Assembly: GCA_947589195.1 (NCBI GenBank)
Contig: CANPZX010000001.1
Coordinates: 1 to 55,010 of the forward strand
Length of the DNA stretch: 55,010 nt
Direction of reading: 5' to 3'
Origin: an uncultured Bacilli bacterium
Lineage (GTDB): Bacteria > Bacillota_I > Bacilli_A > RF39 > UBA660
Part shown: positions 40,280-50,147 of the stretch, in pieces
Position numbering within the stretch: position 1 is the first letter of the stretch
How the letters are laid out: every line of letters begins with the position of its first letter
The notes under the pieces: model-generated
What the model saw: the letters and a program-made list of their open reading frames with translations, nothing else
What the model was told of the DNA's origin: nothing
The model's database searches: none
Program-made: the position numbers and the translations under genes

Positions 40280-41365
40280 TCAATTATTTTTGGAAATATT
40301 CAAAATAATGCCAATACTAGCCATACTTACAAGTAAACTACTGCCTCCATAACTAAGGAAAGGTAAAGTGACTCCAGTCACAGGAATAATTCCTACCACG
40401 ACCATTAAATTTAAAATAGCTTGAATAATTAAGCCAAAGGCGAGGCCAAAAGCTAAATATTTTGAAAATAAATCACTTGCTTTCATAGCAATCCGAATAG
40501 CTCGGTAAAAAATAAAGAAAAATAAACTGGTGACAATTAAAACTCCTAAGAAACCAAATTCTTCACTAATAATCGAAAAAATAAAATCCGTTTGGGGTTC
40601 TGGTAAATAAAAATGTTTTTGTCTTGATTTCATAAATCCCTGTCCCAGTAAGCCCCCAGGTCCAATCGCATATAAACTCTGAATAATTTGAAAACCGCTA
40701 CCTAAAGGATCACTCCAAGGATTTAAAAACGAAACAATCCTAGCCATGCGATAAGGGGCAATAATAATTAAAACAATAATACCTGCTAAACCTAAAAGAC
40801 CGATTTTAACAAAAAAATCGACTTTGACCCCCGAGATAAAAATTAAAACAATTAAAGTTAATACCATAACCATGGCCGTCCCAAAATCCGGCTCTAACAT
40901 AATAAGTCCAAAGAATACCATAATTATAAGTAAAATAGGCAAAACACCTTTTTTAATATTAAACATTAACTTTTGATTATTAGCTAAATACTTACTTACA
41001 AAAATAATTAAACCAATCTTAGCAAATTCACTAGGTTGGATACCCAAAGAACCAATCCCAAACCAACTTCGACTACCATTTCGAACTGTGCCAATTCCCG
41101 GGATTAAAACTAAGACTAATAAAATGAAACAACCAAATAATAAAGTGTTAGCTTTCTTTTTAAAAATATGATGGTCAAAATTACTTAAAAAGTACATCAG
41201 TAAAAGACCAATAACAAAGAAAATACTTTGGGCTTTAACAAACTTAAAGGCATCATGAAATTTATAATCTGCCCAGATACAACTTGCCGAATAAATCATG
41301 ACAATGCCAAATAAACAAATAAAAATAACTGCACCGACTAACCATTTATCTAATTTATGTTTCAT
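40280..41365 (-). CDS. ftsW: SEDS-family peptidoglycan polymerase FtsW/SpoVE/RodA
   Basis: 10-TM protein. GSRSWFGIGSLGIQPSEFAKI, PDFGTA, LPEPQTDFIFS, LPFLSYGGSS. Confidence 0.9.
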   Translation of the reverse strand: MKHKLDKWLVGAVIFICLFGIVMIYSASCIWADYKFHDAFKFVKAQSIFFVIGLLLMYFLSNFDHHIFKKKANTLLFGCFILLVLVLIPGIGTVRNGSRSWFGIGSLGIQPSEFAKIGLIIFVSKYLANNQKLMFNIKKGVLPILLIIMVFFGLIMLEPDFGTAMVMVLTLIVLIFISGVKVDFFVKIGLLGLAGIIVLIIIAPYRMARIVSFLNPWSDPLGSGFQIIQSLYAIGPGGLLGQGFMKSRQKHFYLPEPQTDFIFSIISEEFGFLGVLIVTSLFFFIFYRAIRIAMKASDLFSKYLAFGLAFGLIIQAILNLMVVVGIIPVTGVTLPFLSYGGSSLLVSMASIGIILNISKNN

Positions 41366-41482
41366 TCAGTTTCCCTCGTTTAAGTTTATGGTGAGTGTCA
41401 AGGAAAAATGAATATAGCCTGAAACTCTGTCATAATAACACTCTTTATGCTATAATATTTATTAACTAAGAGGTGAATTAAG

Positions 41483-42574
41483 TTGAAAATTATCGTCTCG
41501 GCTGGAGGAAGTGGGGGACATATCTACCCAGCTTTAAAAATAATTGAAGAATTTAAAAGACAAGAAAAAAATTTAAGTATTTTATATATTGGTACCCATA
41601 ATCGGATGGAAAAAGATATTATTCCTAAAGCCAATATTCCTTATGAAAGTTTAGAAGTATATGGTTTTACTAAAGATATCAAAAGAGATATTAAAAATAT
41701 TAGTTTAATTAAAAAAGCTTATCGTAAATGTTTAAAAATAATGCAAGAATTTAAACCTGATGTAGTAATTGGGGTAGGGGGATACGTTACCTATCCTGTT
41801 TTAAAAGCAGCGAGGAAATGTCATATTAAGACCTTTATTCATGAACAAAATAGTCGTCCCGGAAAAGTAAATTATTTAACAAGTAAATATGCTGATATTG
41901 TGGGAGTAACCTTTGAAAGTTCGATACCTTATTTTAAAAAGGCCAAAAAAGTTGTTTATACGGGTCATCCTTCTTTAGATAGTGCGCGAATGGTTAATCA
42001 AATTGATAAAACCACTTTAGGATTTGCGAAAAATAAAAAATTAGTTTTATGTGTTGCTGGTAGTTTAGGAAGTGCTTCCTTAAATCAAAAAATGCAAAAC
42101 TTTTTAAATAGTAATTTACATGATAACTATGAAATTCTTTATATTGTAGGAAATAATGTTAACTTAGAAGAATTTACATCTTCCGTAAGTCAAAGTAAAA
42201 ATGTTAAGTATGTATCTTATATGGATAATTTACCGGGCATCATGGCTAGTTCAGATTTAATAATTTCCCGAGCTGGGGCGGGAGTCTTATTTGAAATCCT
42301 TGCTTTAGGTAAACCTAGTATTATTATTCCTTCTCCTAATGTTGCCAATAATCATCAATATTATAATGCTTTAGAATTAAAAAATAATGGCTGTATTTCC
42401 TTAATCGAAGAAAAAGATTTAACAGCCCAAAAACTAAGTGCCGAAATCGATAAATATTTAAATAGTAAAGCCGAAGTTTTTGAACTCCAAAAAAATATGA
42501 TAAAATATCAAACATCTTCCCCCGTAAAAGAAATATATAAACTAATAAAAGACTTAATTAAATCTAGTAATTAA
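41483..42574 (+). CDS. murG: UDP-N-acetylglucosamine--lipid I transferase MurG
   Basis: GGSGGHIYPAL, HEQNSRPG, SRAGAGVLFEI, NHQYYNA. TTG start after AAGAGGTGA. Confidence 0.95.
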   Translation: MKIIVSAGGSGGHIYPALKIIEEFKRQEKNLSILYIGTHNRMEKDIIPKANIPYESLEVYGFTKDIKRDIKNISLIKKAYRKCLKIMQEFKPDVVIGVGGYVTYPVLKAARKCHIKTFIHEQNSRPGKVNYLTSKYADIVGVTFESSIPYFKKAKKVVYTGHPSLDSARMVNQIDKTTLGFAKNKKLVLCVAGSLGSASLNQKMQNFLNSNLHDNYEILYIVGNNVNLEEFTSSVSQSKNVKYVSYMDNLPGIMASSDLIISRAGAGVLFEILALGKPSIIIPSPNVANNHQYYNALELKNNGCISLIEEKDLTAQKLSAEIDKYLNSKAEVFELQKNMIKYQTSSPVKEIYKLIKDLIKSSN

Positions 42575-42611
42575 TTAAAATATTTGATATAGTTTTAGGT
42601 AGGTGGCTATA

Positions 42612-43310
42612 ATGCAAAAGAATAAAAAGAAAGTAAAAAAACATCTTAAAGTAAAATCATTTTTAATCTTAATAAGTATTATTTTAATTATCTTTTTTAT
42701 AATATACTATCTTATTTCTCTACCTATTAAAAATATCTATATTAAAGGAAATGATAAAGTAAGTGATTATACGATTTTAGAAGTTTCTAACTTAAAAGAT
42801 TATCCTAAAATGTTTAAATATTCTAAAAAAACTATTGAAAATAAAATATTAAGTATTCCTAATATTGCCAGTGTTAAAATAACTAAAAATTTATTAGGAA
42901 AAATAACTATTGAAATCGAAGAAGCCAGGGTTTTATTTTATAATCGTAATGATAAAAAATATGTTTTAGAAAATTATCAAACTTTAGATAATTCCAAAGA
43001 AAATGTGCCATTTTTAATTAATTATGTTCCTAATACTATTTATGAGCGACTTATTTCTAGTATGAAAGAATTAACTACTAATACAATTTCTCTAATAAGT
43101 GAAATAGAGTATTCGCCAAGTAAAAGTGGCGATACAGTAATTGATGAAACTAGATTTTTACTAAGAATGAATGATGGCAATAACGTATATATTAATTTAA
43201 TAAATATTAAAAGATTAAATATGTATTTAGAAATTTCGACTATTTTTCCTTCTAATGGTACTTTAGGATTAGATTCCGATAATGGTCAAGTTGTTTTTAA
43301 TGCATTTTAA
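42612..43310 (+). CDS. divIB: Cell division protein DivIB/FtsQ (POTRA)
   Basis: Basic N-terminus, single TM, POTRA-like IKNIYIKGNDKVSDYTILEVSNL, position after murG. Confidence 0.7.
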   Translation: MQKNKKKVKKHLKVKSFLILISIILIIFFIIYYLISLPIKNIYIKGNDKVSDYTILEVSNLKDYPKMFKYSKKTIENKILSIPNIASVKITKNLLGKITIEIEEARVLFYNRNDKKYVLENYQTLDNSKENVPFLINYVPNTIYERLISSMKELTTNTISLISEIEYSPSKSGDTVIDETRFLLRMNDGNNVYINLINIKRLNMYLEISTIFPSNGTLGLDSDNGQVVFNAF

Positions 43311-43325
43311 ATAAGGGTGGTTTTA

Positions 43326-43946
43326 ATGAATTATTATAATGAAATGGTCAAAATAATAGATTCCTTAAATGGCCAAAAAGCAACATTATTATTACATAGT
43401 TGTTGTGCGCCATGTTCTTCTTCAGTGATTGAAACATTAAAAGATTATTTTAAAATTACAATACTTTATTATAATCCTAATATTGAACCAGATACGGAAT
43501 ATGAAAAAAGAAAAGAGGAACAAATTCGGTTTATTAAAGAATTAAATGCCGACATTAACTTTTTAGACGTGCCTTATGAAAACGATGAATTTAAAAAAAT
43601 TAGTAAAGGATTAGAAAATGCTTTAGAAGGGGGAGAACGGTGTCATAAATGTTATCGTTTAAGATTAGAAAAAACAGCTTTGCTAGCTAAAGAGAAAAAC
43701 TTTACTTATTTTGGCACTACTTTAACGGTAAGTCCTTATAAAAATAGTCAAGTTATAAATGAAATAGGGAAGATTTTAGCCGACCAATATCATATCAATT
43801 ATTTATATTCTGATTTTAAAAAACATGATGGTTATAAAAGAAGCATTGAATTATCGAAAAAATATAATTTATATCGGCAAAATTATTGTGGTTGTATTTA
43901 TTCTAAAAATAATCAAAAAGTTAAAGAAAAATTATCTAATAGTTAA
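43326..43946 (+). CDS. queH: Epoxyqueuosine reductase QueH (DUF208)
   Basis: LLLHSCCAPCSS, YYNPNI.P, CHKCYRLRL, TTLTVSPYKN, YRQNYCGC. Confidence 0.85.
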   Translation: MNYYNEMVKIIDSLNGQKATLLLHSCCAPCSSSVIETLKDYFKITILYYNPNIEPDTEYEKRKEEQIRFIKELNADINFLDVPYENDEFKKISKGLENALEGGERCHKCYRLRLEKTALLAKEKNFTYFGTTLTVSPYKNSQVINEIGKILADQYHINYLYSDFKKHDGYKRSIELSKKYNLYRQNYCGCIYSKNNQKVKEKLSNS

Positions 43947-44153
43947 ATAACCTCGAAAATTATGATAGTAAGCTTTCTTAAAATCATCAATTAATTTCTT
44001 AGGAAAATCATGATGAAAAGTCATGATTATTTTATTAATTCCATATTCTCTTAGAATTCGAAATAACTTAATTTGCAGGTTTTCCAGACCTTTTTCAGTT
44101 AAAACATCATAAATATCAATATATAAAGTTTCATTTTGATACATTAGATTCAT
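43932..44153 (-). CDS. Hypothetical 73-aa protein (faint STAS-like resemblance)
   Basis: ORF converges on queH and overlaps it by 15 nt. No firm motif. Confidence 0.4.
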   Translation of the reverse strand: MNLMYQNETLYIDIYDVLTEKGLENLQIKLFRILREYGINKIIMTFHHDFPKKLIDDFKKAYYHNFRGYLTIR

Positions 44154-44277
44154 ATTATCACCGGCGTAATTTTACCAAATAATTTTTGGTATTGCATTAC
44201 ATTCGACAATACCTCTCTAAAAAAGTTATGATGCGAAATTAAAGACATTATGATATAATTTTTGATAGGTGAAGATT

Positions 44278-45621
44278 ATGATGACTTTCTTACAAATTCT
44301 TGTTAATAAATTAATTACATGGGGTTGTAAAATTATGAAGAAAAATGGAACAGTTTTACCTGGTACTTTTTCTTATAATATGCGGCCTAAAGTTTTAGAA
44401 AAAATAAAATATCCGAAATATGTAATCGGAGTTACTGGTTCCAGTGGTAAAGGAACAACAACTAATTTAATTGCCCATATTTTAAAATCTAATGGTTATG
44501 ATGTAGTTTATAATGAAAATGGTTCCAATGGGATTCGCGGTTTAACTACGTTAATTTTAAATAACTGTACGATGTTTGGCCGTTTTAAACATGATATTTT
44601 ATTATTAGAAATTGATGAAAAACATCTCCATTTAGGTTTTCGGAAAAACAAATTAACCCATTTAATCATTACGAATATTACTCGCGATCAACCAGCGCGA
44701 AATGGTAGTCCCGATTTAATTTATAAAGCTATCATGGACTCTTTAGATGAACAAACGACTCTCATATTAAATGCCGATGATCCAGGTCTTATGCAAGCCA
44801 AACTTACATTTTTAGGCAATATCATTACTTATGGTTTAGAAAAAACTGTCGATAGTTATACCAAATTTAAAGGTCAAAGTATCGATAATGCTTATTGTCC
44901 GAAATGTCATAAAAAACTTACTTATAAATTTTATCATTATGGTCATATAGGTTCTTATTTTTGCAAAAACTGTGATTTTTCCCGGGGAAGTCTTAACTAT
45001 ATGGGAACAAATATTGATTTAAAAAATAAAACCATGAAAATAAATAATGAAATGATTACTTTAAATAAAGATATTTTATTTGAAGCTTATGCGACCATTG
45101 CGGCTTATGCCCTTACTAGTACCATTGGTTTAAAAAAAGAAGAAATAACTTTTGCTTTAAATAAAAATACCCCGAAAGCTAAAAGAGGTAATACCTATAC
45201 TTTAGATAATCGCCATATTACTTTCTTAGAAAGCAAAAATGAAAATTGCTTAAGTTATTATCAATCATTAAAATATATTATTGATACTAACCAAAAATGT
45301 TCCGTTATTTTAGGTTTTGATAATGTCTCAAGACGATATAAATTTAATGATGTTTCTTGGCTTTGGGATGTTGAATTTGAACTTTTAAATAACTCTAATA
45401 TCGATAAAATATTTTGCATTGGTCGTTTTAAATGGGATGTAGCCAGTCGCTTAATTTATGCTAATATTGACCCTAAAAAAATAATTTTAGTTGAAGATTT
45501 AGATAACGTTTTAAGTTCTTTACGGCAAAAAACTAAATATGATTTATATACAATGGTTTGTTTTGATATGACCGCTATTTTAAAAAGTAAAATCTTGGAG
45601 GCAAACAATGGAAACAATTAA
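44278..45621 (+). CDS. murT: Lipid II isoglutaminyl synthase subunit MurT (Mur-ligase family with Cys4 ribbon and DUF1727-type C-terminus)
   Basis: VTGSSGKGTTTN P-loop, CPKCHKKL...CKNCDF zinc ribbon, paired with a gatD homologue. The ORF opens at GTG 44269. Confidence 0.85.
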   Translation: MMTFLQILVNKLITWGCKIMKKNGTVLPGTFSYNMRPKVLEKIKYPKYVIGVTGSSGKGTTTNLIAHILKSNGYDVVYNENGSNGIRGLTTLILNNCTMFGRFKHDILLLEIDEKHLHLGFRKNKLTHLIITNITRDQPARNGSPDLIYKAIMDSLDEQTTLILNADDPGLMQAKLTFLGNIITYGLEKTVDSYTKFKGQSIDNAYCPKCHKKLTYKFYHYGHIGSYFCKNCDFSRGSLNYMGTNIDLKNKTMKINNEMITLNKDILFEAYATIAAYALTSTIGLKKEEITFALNKNTPKAKRGNTYTLDNRHITFLESKNENCLSYYQSLKYIIDTNQKCSVILGFDNVSRRYKFNDVSWLWDVEFELLNNSNIDKIFCIGRFKWDVASRLIYANIDPKKIILVEDLDNVLSSLRQKTKYDLYTMVCFDMTAILKSKILEANNGNN

Positions 45622-46330
45622 AATTGCACATTTATATTATGATTTAATGAATTTATATGGTGAGAATGGTAATATTCGGGTTTTAACCAAACATTTAGAA
45701 GAACAAAATGTTAAAGTAATATTACATACTCTTTCTTTAGAAGATGAACTTGATTTTACAAAATATGATTTCTTTTATTTAGGATGTGGCAATAAAGCTA
45801 GTTTTAATTTAGTTTTAGAACATTTAAAAAAATATCAAAAAGAAGTAAAAAAAGCCATCAAAGATAATAAATTTTTCTTAGTAAGTGGTACTTCTTTAGA
45901 TTTATTTGGTAAATCTTTTACTAATCTTGATGGTACGATTACTAAAACATTAAATATTTTTGATTATGAAAGTAAAGAGATAGATAATCGACTAGTTGGT
46001 GAACAAGAATTTACTTTTAATAGTTTAGATAAACCAATAATTGGTTTTCAAAATCGTAATACTATTTTAGATAGTTTAGGAGAACTTCATTTATTTGAAG
46101 TTATAAAAGGTTTTGGTTATCAAATGGATTCCCATTTCGAAGGAATAAGAGATCATAATTTTTATGGAACTTATTTATTAGGACCTATCTTAGCCAGAAA
46201 TCCTCATTTTACAGAATATTTAGTTTCTAAGATTATGGCTAGTAAAAATTTAACATATCATCCCTTTGAACTTGCTTATGAAACTAAAGCTTATCAAGAG
46301 TATTTAAAAAATATTATTGAAAAAAATTAA
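45608..46330 (+). CDS. gatD: GatD-like (CobQ-type glutamine amidotransferase fold) partner of MurT; canonical Cys/His apparently absent
   Basis: IAHLYYDLMNLYGENGN, GTYLLGPILARNP; overlaps the murT end by 14 nt. See the finding on the catalytic residues. Confidence 0.8.
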   Translation: METIKIAHLYYDLMNLYGENGNIRVLTKHLEEQNVKVILHTLSLEDELDFTKYDFFYLGCGNKASFNLVLEHLKKYQKEVKKAIKDNKFFLVSGTSLDLFGKSFTNLDGTITKTLNIFDYESKEIDNRLVGEQEFTFNSLDKPIIGFQNRNTILDSLGELHLFEVIKGFGYQMDSHFEGIRDHNFYGTYLLGPILARNPHFTEYLVSKIMASKNLTYHPFELAYETKAYQEYLKNIIEKN

Positions 46331-46401
46331 TAATATTTTTTTATTTACATAACAATAAATTTTATGTTATTATTTCTATAGAATAAAGGAGATGTTAAGA
46401 A

Positions 46402-48058
46402 ATGACTGAAACACGTTTAGGGGGGGGGGTTATTAAGAAGTAAGAAAGTAATCCTTACATCTTTAATAATCTTCCTTGTAGCATTAGTAATAGGGGTAAC
46501 TTATGCTTATTGGAAAGTAGATGAAAAACAAACTTCCTTAAATTTATTAAATTCTAATTGTTTAAAAGTAACATATGAAGACATAAATGAAGGGATAACG
46601 ATTGAACATGGCTATCCCATGAGTGATAGTGATGGCATGGAGGAACCATATTACCAATTTACGATATCAAATATCTGTGAAAATGATTGGGCCTCTTATC
46701 AAATAAATATAGAAACAATTGAAGCTTCAACAGAGGAAACTCCCAAATATTTGCCGGAGCGATATATAAAAGCTAATTTAAGTGTTGGAGAAGATAGTAA
46801 AGTAACAACGAAATTAACAAGTGATTTAAATGTTACACCAACAATTGAAGAAGCAGTAAGAGCTTATAAATTATTAGTAGCTAAATTAGCCCCAGGAGCA
46901 AGTGTAACTTATGATTTAAGATTATGGATGGACGAAGGAGTAACAATGGAAAACACCGATGCAATGAACGCTACCTATGAAAGTAAGATAAGTGTAGTCT
47001 TTAGTTATATGGAACCACCAGTATATTTAGTCGATAAAATAAAAGAACAAGCAAGTAAAGATGAAAATGTCTGTGGAGATAATGGAATAGTAGAAGTAAA
47101 ACATGATGACGCTACGATTGCAGATATTGATTATCATACATTTGATGAAAAATTAAATAATGAAACAGTAAAATCCAATCTAAAAATGACGGAATATCGA
47201 TATTGTGGAGAAGACCCTAATAATTATGTAACATTTAATAATGAAACAGCTGGCTGGCGAATAATCGGATTAGTTAATACTCCGGAGGGTCAACGAATTA
47301 AAATAATCAGAGCAACACCATTATATCTGAATTTATCATGGGATAATAAACCAAGTGGAACTGGTTCATCAAATAGCTCATATGGAAGTAATGATTGGAG
47401 CGATTCAAGATTACAAGAATTATTAAATAAAGGTGGAGCCTATTATAATCGAACAAGTGGTACTTGTTATAAAGGCTCAAGTAATGCATCAACCTCATGT
47501 AATTTTGGAGATAGTAGTGAAACACCTGGGTTAACCGCTGAAGCAAAAAATATGATAGATACAATTACTTGGAACTTAGGAGGAACTGCTAGTTACAGTA
47601 GTGCTTCCAATGGACTTACAAAACACTTTTACAATTATGAAAGAGGGATAATAGTTTACACAAACAGTAGTTTAACAAATCCAAGGCCAACCTTATGGCA
47701 AGGAGAAGTAGGCTTAATGTATCCTAGTGATTATGGATATGCAACCGGAGGAGGTAGTACCTATAACCGTGGAGCATGTTTAAGTAAGGAATTATACAAT
47801 TGGAGTAGTGGAACATATCGAAGTAATTGTGCCCATACAGATTGGCTATTAAACAAAAGTTCATATCAATGGACTCTATCGCCGTACTCGTCGGCTAGCA
47901 ACTATGCCTTCTATGTGCATACTGCGGGTATTGTCTACAGCAACTACTATGTCAACAGTGCGTACGCCGTCGCGCCAGTCCTATATCTAAAATCCGATGT
48001 GCAAATAGGAGAAGGGAGTGGTCTTGATACGAATCCTTATACTTTGGAACAAGGGTAA
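46402..48058 (+). CDS. NPY-tail surface-protein family, copy C; poly-G phase-variable, frameshifted (OFF) as sequenced
   Basis: ATG 46402 with RBS AAAGGAG. G10 at 46420-46429 gives MTETRLGGGVIKK-stop. With G9 the frame runs through LLRSKKVILTSLIIFLVALVIGVTYAYW... into the 479-aa track ORF (46619..48058). The span is 1657 nt, which is 3n+1. Confidence 0.8.
46420..46429 (+). repeat. G10 homopolymer (slipped-strand phase-variation tract)
   Basis: Counted directly: g at 46420 plus nine g at 46421-46429. Confidence 0.95.
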
Positions 48059-48072
48059 TGGCATTTATAATT

Positions 48073-48099
48073 AACTATGGTTAACTCTATAGTTTTTTT
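48073..48099 (+). terminator. Terminator after family gene C
   Basis: AACTAT-n10-ATAGTT followed by T7. The stem is short. Confidence 0.5.
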
Positions 48100-48137
48100 A
48101 TTTTTATTTAATCATATATTTTAAATAGGTGGGAAAT

Positions 48138-48380
48138 ATGCATTTATATAAAACTATGCGTGATTTTCTAATGGATAAAGATTACTATATTGACATATTT
48201 GAAAAATATATTCATGTTTTTAATTATGTCGATATCATAAAATTAGAAAGTAATAAAATAATCATAACGATGGATGGTTTTAATTTAGAAATAGATGGTA
48301 CGGATTTAGTCGTAAAAAGGTTAGAAAAAAAAGAAATCTTAATTGAAGGTGTTGTTTTAAAAGTGGGGTTTATAAGGTGA
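48138..48380 (+). CDS. yqfC: Sporulation protein YqfC (YabP family)
   Basis: ~80-aa protein whose stop overlaps the start (GTGA) of a YqfD-like gene. Pattern: I....KI.I.....L.I.G..L.V. Confidence 0.7.
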   Translation: MHLYKTMRDFLMDKDYYIDIFEKYIHVFNYVDIIKLESNKIIITMDGFNLEIDGTDLVVKRLEKKEILIEGVVLKVGFIR

Positions 48381-49528
48381 TAAAAAAGTATATTTATTTA
48401 AAATGTAAATGTAAGAATAAAGGTAAATTATTAATAAAATTATATAAAAATAAAATAAATGTATATGACGCGATATATAAAGAACCGGAAATATATTTTA
48501 AAATATTAGCGAGCGATCAAGATAAACTAAAAAAAATATATGGTTATAAATTTTATTATTATTCGGAAAGTGGTATCTTTAAATTAAAAAAAGCAATTCC
48601 TTTTTGGCAAGTATTTAGTATTATTTTATTTATCATTATGATTAATTTTTTATCCAATATTATTATCGAAGTAGATGTTATTCATTCTAATAAAGATATC
48701 CGAAATTTAATTAGAACTAGTTTAGAAGAAAAAGGTATTAAGAAATTAAGCTTTAAAAAAGATTTTAATACTTTAGAACAAATAAAAGAAGAAATTAAAA
48801 ATACCTATAAAGATAAAATAGAATGGTTAGAAATTGAAAATGTGGGAATGAAATATATTGTTCGGATTGAAGAAAGAATTATTAATAACTTAGAGCAGGA
48901 AGATAAAAATTGTCATATTGTTGCTAGTAAAAATGGGATTATTGAAAAAATAATGGCCACCAAAGGGGAAGTCTTAGTCCATGATGGTCAGTATGTATCC
49001 GAAGGTGATATCTTAATATCGGGAGCTATTAAAAAAGAGGAAGAAATAAAAGAAAATGTTTGTAGTACGGGTAATGTTTATGCTGAAGTATGGTACACCA
49101 CCAAAGTAAGTATTCCCGTATCTTATGAAGAACAAGAATATACGGGGAAAGTTAGATTAAATTTACGAATTAAAAGTGATCGCTTTAATTATAAAATTTT
49201 TAAAAGTCGAATAAAAAATACTTATGTTGAAGAAGAACAAAAATTATTTCGTTTATTTGAAATAGATTTTTATAAAGTAAAAGAACGTGAAGTAAATATT
49301 AAAAATCGGACTAATACCTTAGAAATGGGGGTGGAAAAAGCTATTAAACTTGCCGATGAAAAAATAAATTTAAAATTACAAGAACCTGAATATATAAAGG
49401 TACGAAAAGTTTTGAAAAAAAGTTTAAATGATAGTACAATAGAAGTAGAATTATTCTATGCTGTTGTTGAGAATATTACGAAAGTCGTAGAATATGAAGA
49501 AATAATTGATAATAAGGATGGTAATTAA
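48377..49528 (+). CDS. yqfD: Sporulation protein YqfD
   Basis: 383 aa with a central TM. Size and position (yqfC-yqfD-...-ybeY-era) match the Bacillus locus. Confidence 0.8.
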   Translation: MIKKYIYLKCKCKNKGKLLIKLYKNKINVYDAIYKEPEIYFKILASDQDKLKKIYGYKFYYYSESGIFKLKKAIPFWQVFSIILFIIMINFLSNIIIEVDVIHSNKDIRNLIRTSLEEKGIKKLSFKKDFNTLEQIKEEIKNTYKDKIEWLEIENVGMKYIVRIEERIINNLEQEDKNCHIVASKNGIIEKIMATKGEVLVHDGQYVSEGDILISGAIKKEEEIKENVCSTGNVYAEVWYTTKVSIPVSYEEQEYTGKVRLNLRIKSDRFNYKIFKSRIKNTYVEEEQKLFRLFEIDFYKVKEREVNIKNRTNTLEMGVEKAIKLADEKINLKLQEPEYIKVRKVLKKSLNDSTIEVELFYAVVENITKVVEYEEIIDNKDGN

Positions 49529-49529
49529 G

Positions 49530-50147
49530 ATGATACTAGATACTTTAACGGATGCTATTGTGGATGTTTGGCCCATGCTAACAATCTTTTTAGTCGTAAT
49601 TGTAACGATTAGACTCGCTTATTTAAAGATAAACAACGAAAAATTTGTTTTTTATCGCGAATTTCTAAACTTAATGTTTATTGTTTATATCTTTTTATTA
49701 TATCAATTACTTACCAGTACCGAATTAAATAAAATGAGTGGTTTAAATATTGTTCCTTTTACAGAAATATTCCGTTATGAAATAGGTAGTAAACTATTCA
49801 TGTTTAACGTAATAGGTAATATTTTAGTATTTGTTCCTTTTGGCTATTTTGTCTCTGGTTATGTCAAAGCTAGTAAATTTAGTCATATCTTCTTTATTAG
49901 TGTCATTACTTCTTTAACTGTGGAATTAGTTCAATTACAAATTGGAAGAAGTTTTGATATCGATGATATTATATTAAATGTGGCCGGAAGTATTATTGGT
50001 TTCTTACTATATATCGGTCTTACGGCGATTAAAAAACATTTACCTAAAATCTTCCAAAGTGATTTATTTTATAATATAATTTGTATTATAATATTTGTAA
50101 TATTTATAGTTTATTTTACACGCATTATTGGATTAGGGTGGTTTTAG
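49530..50147 (+). CDS. VanZ-family membrane protein
   Basis: 4-5 TM helices, NIVPF, GNILVFVPFGYF, ELVQL..GRSFDIDDIILN. ATG 49530 is 1 nt after the yqfD stop. Confidence 0.75.
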   Translation: MILDTLTDAIVDVWPMLTIFLVVIVTIRLAYLKINNEKFVFYREFLNLMFIVYIFLLYQLLTSTELNKMSGLNIVPFTEIFRYEIGSKLFMFNVIGNILVFVPFGYFVSGYVKASKFSHIFFISVITSLTVELVQLQIGRSFDIDDIILNVAGSIIGFLLYIGLTAIKKHLPKIFQSDLFYNIICIIIFVIFIVYFTRIIGLGWF

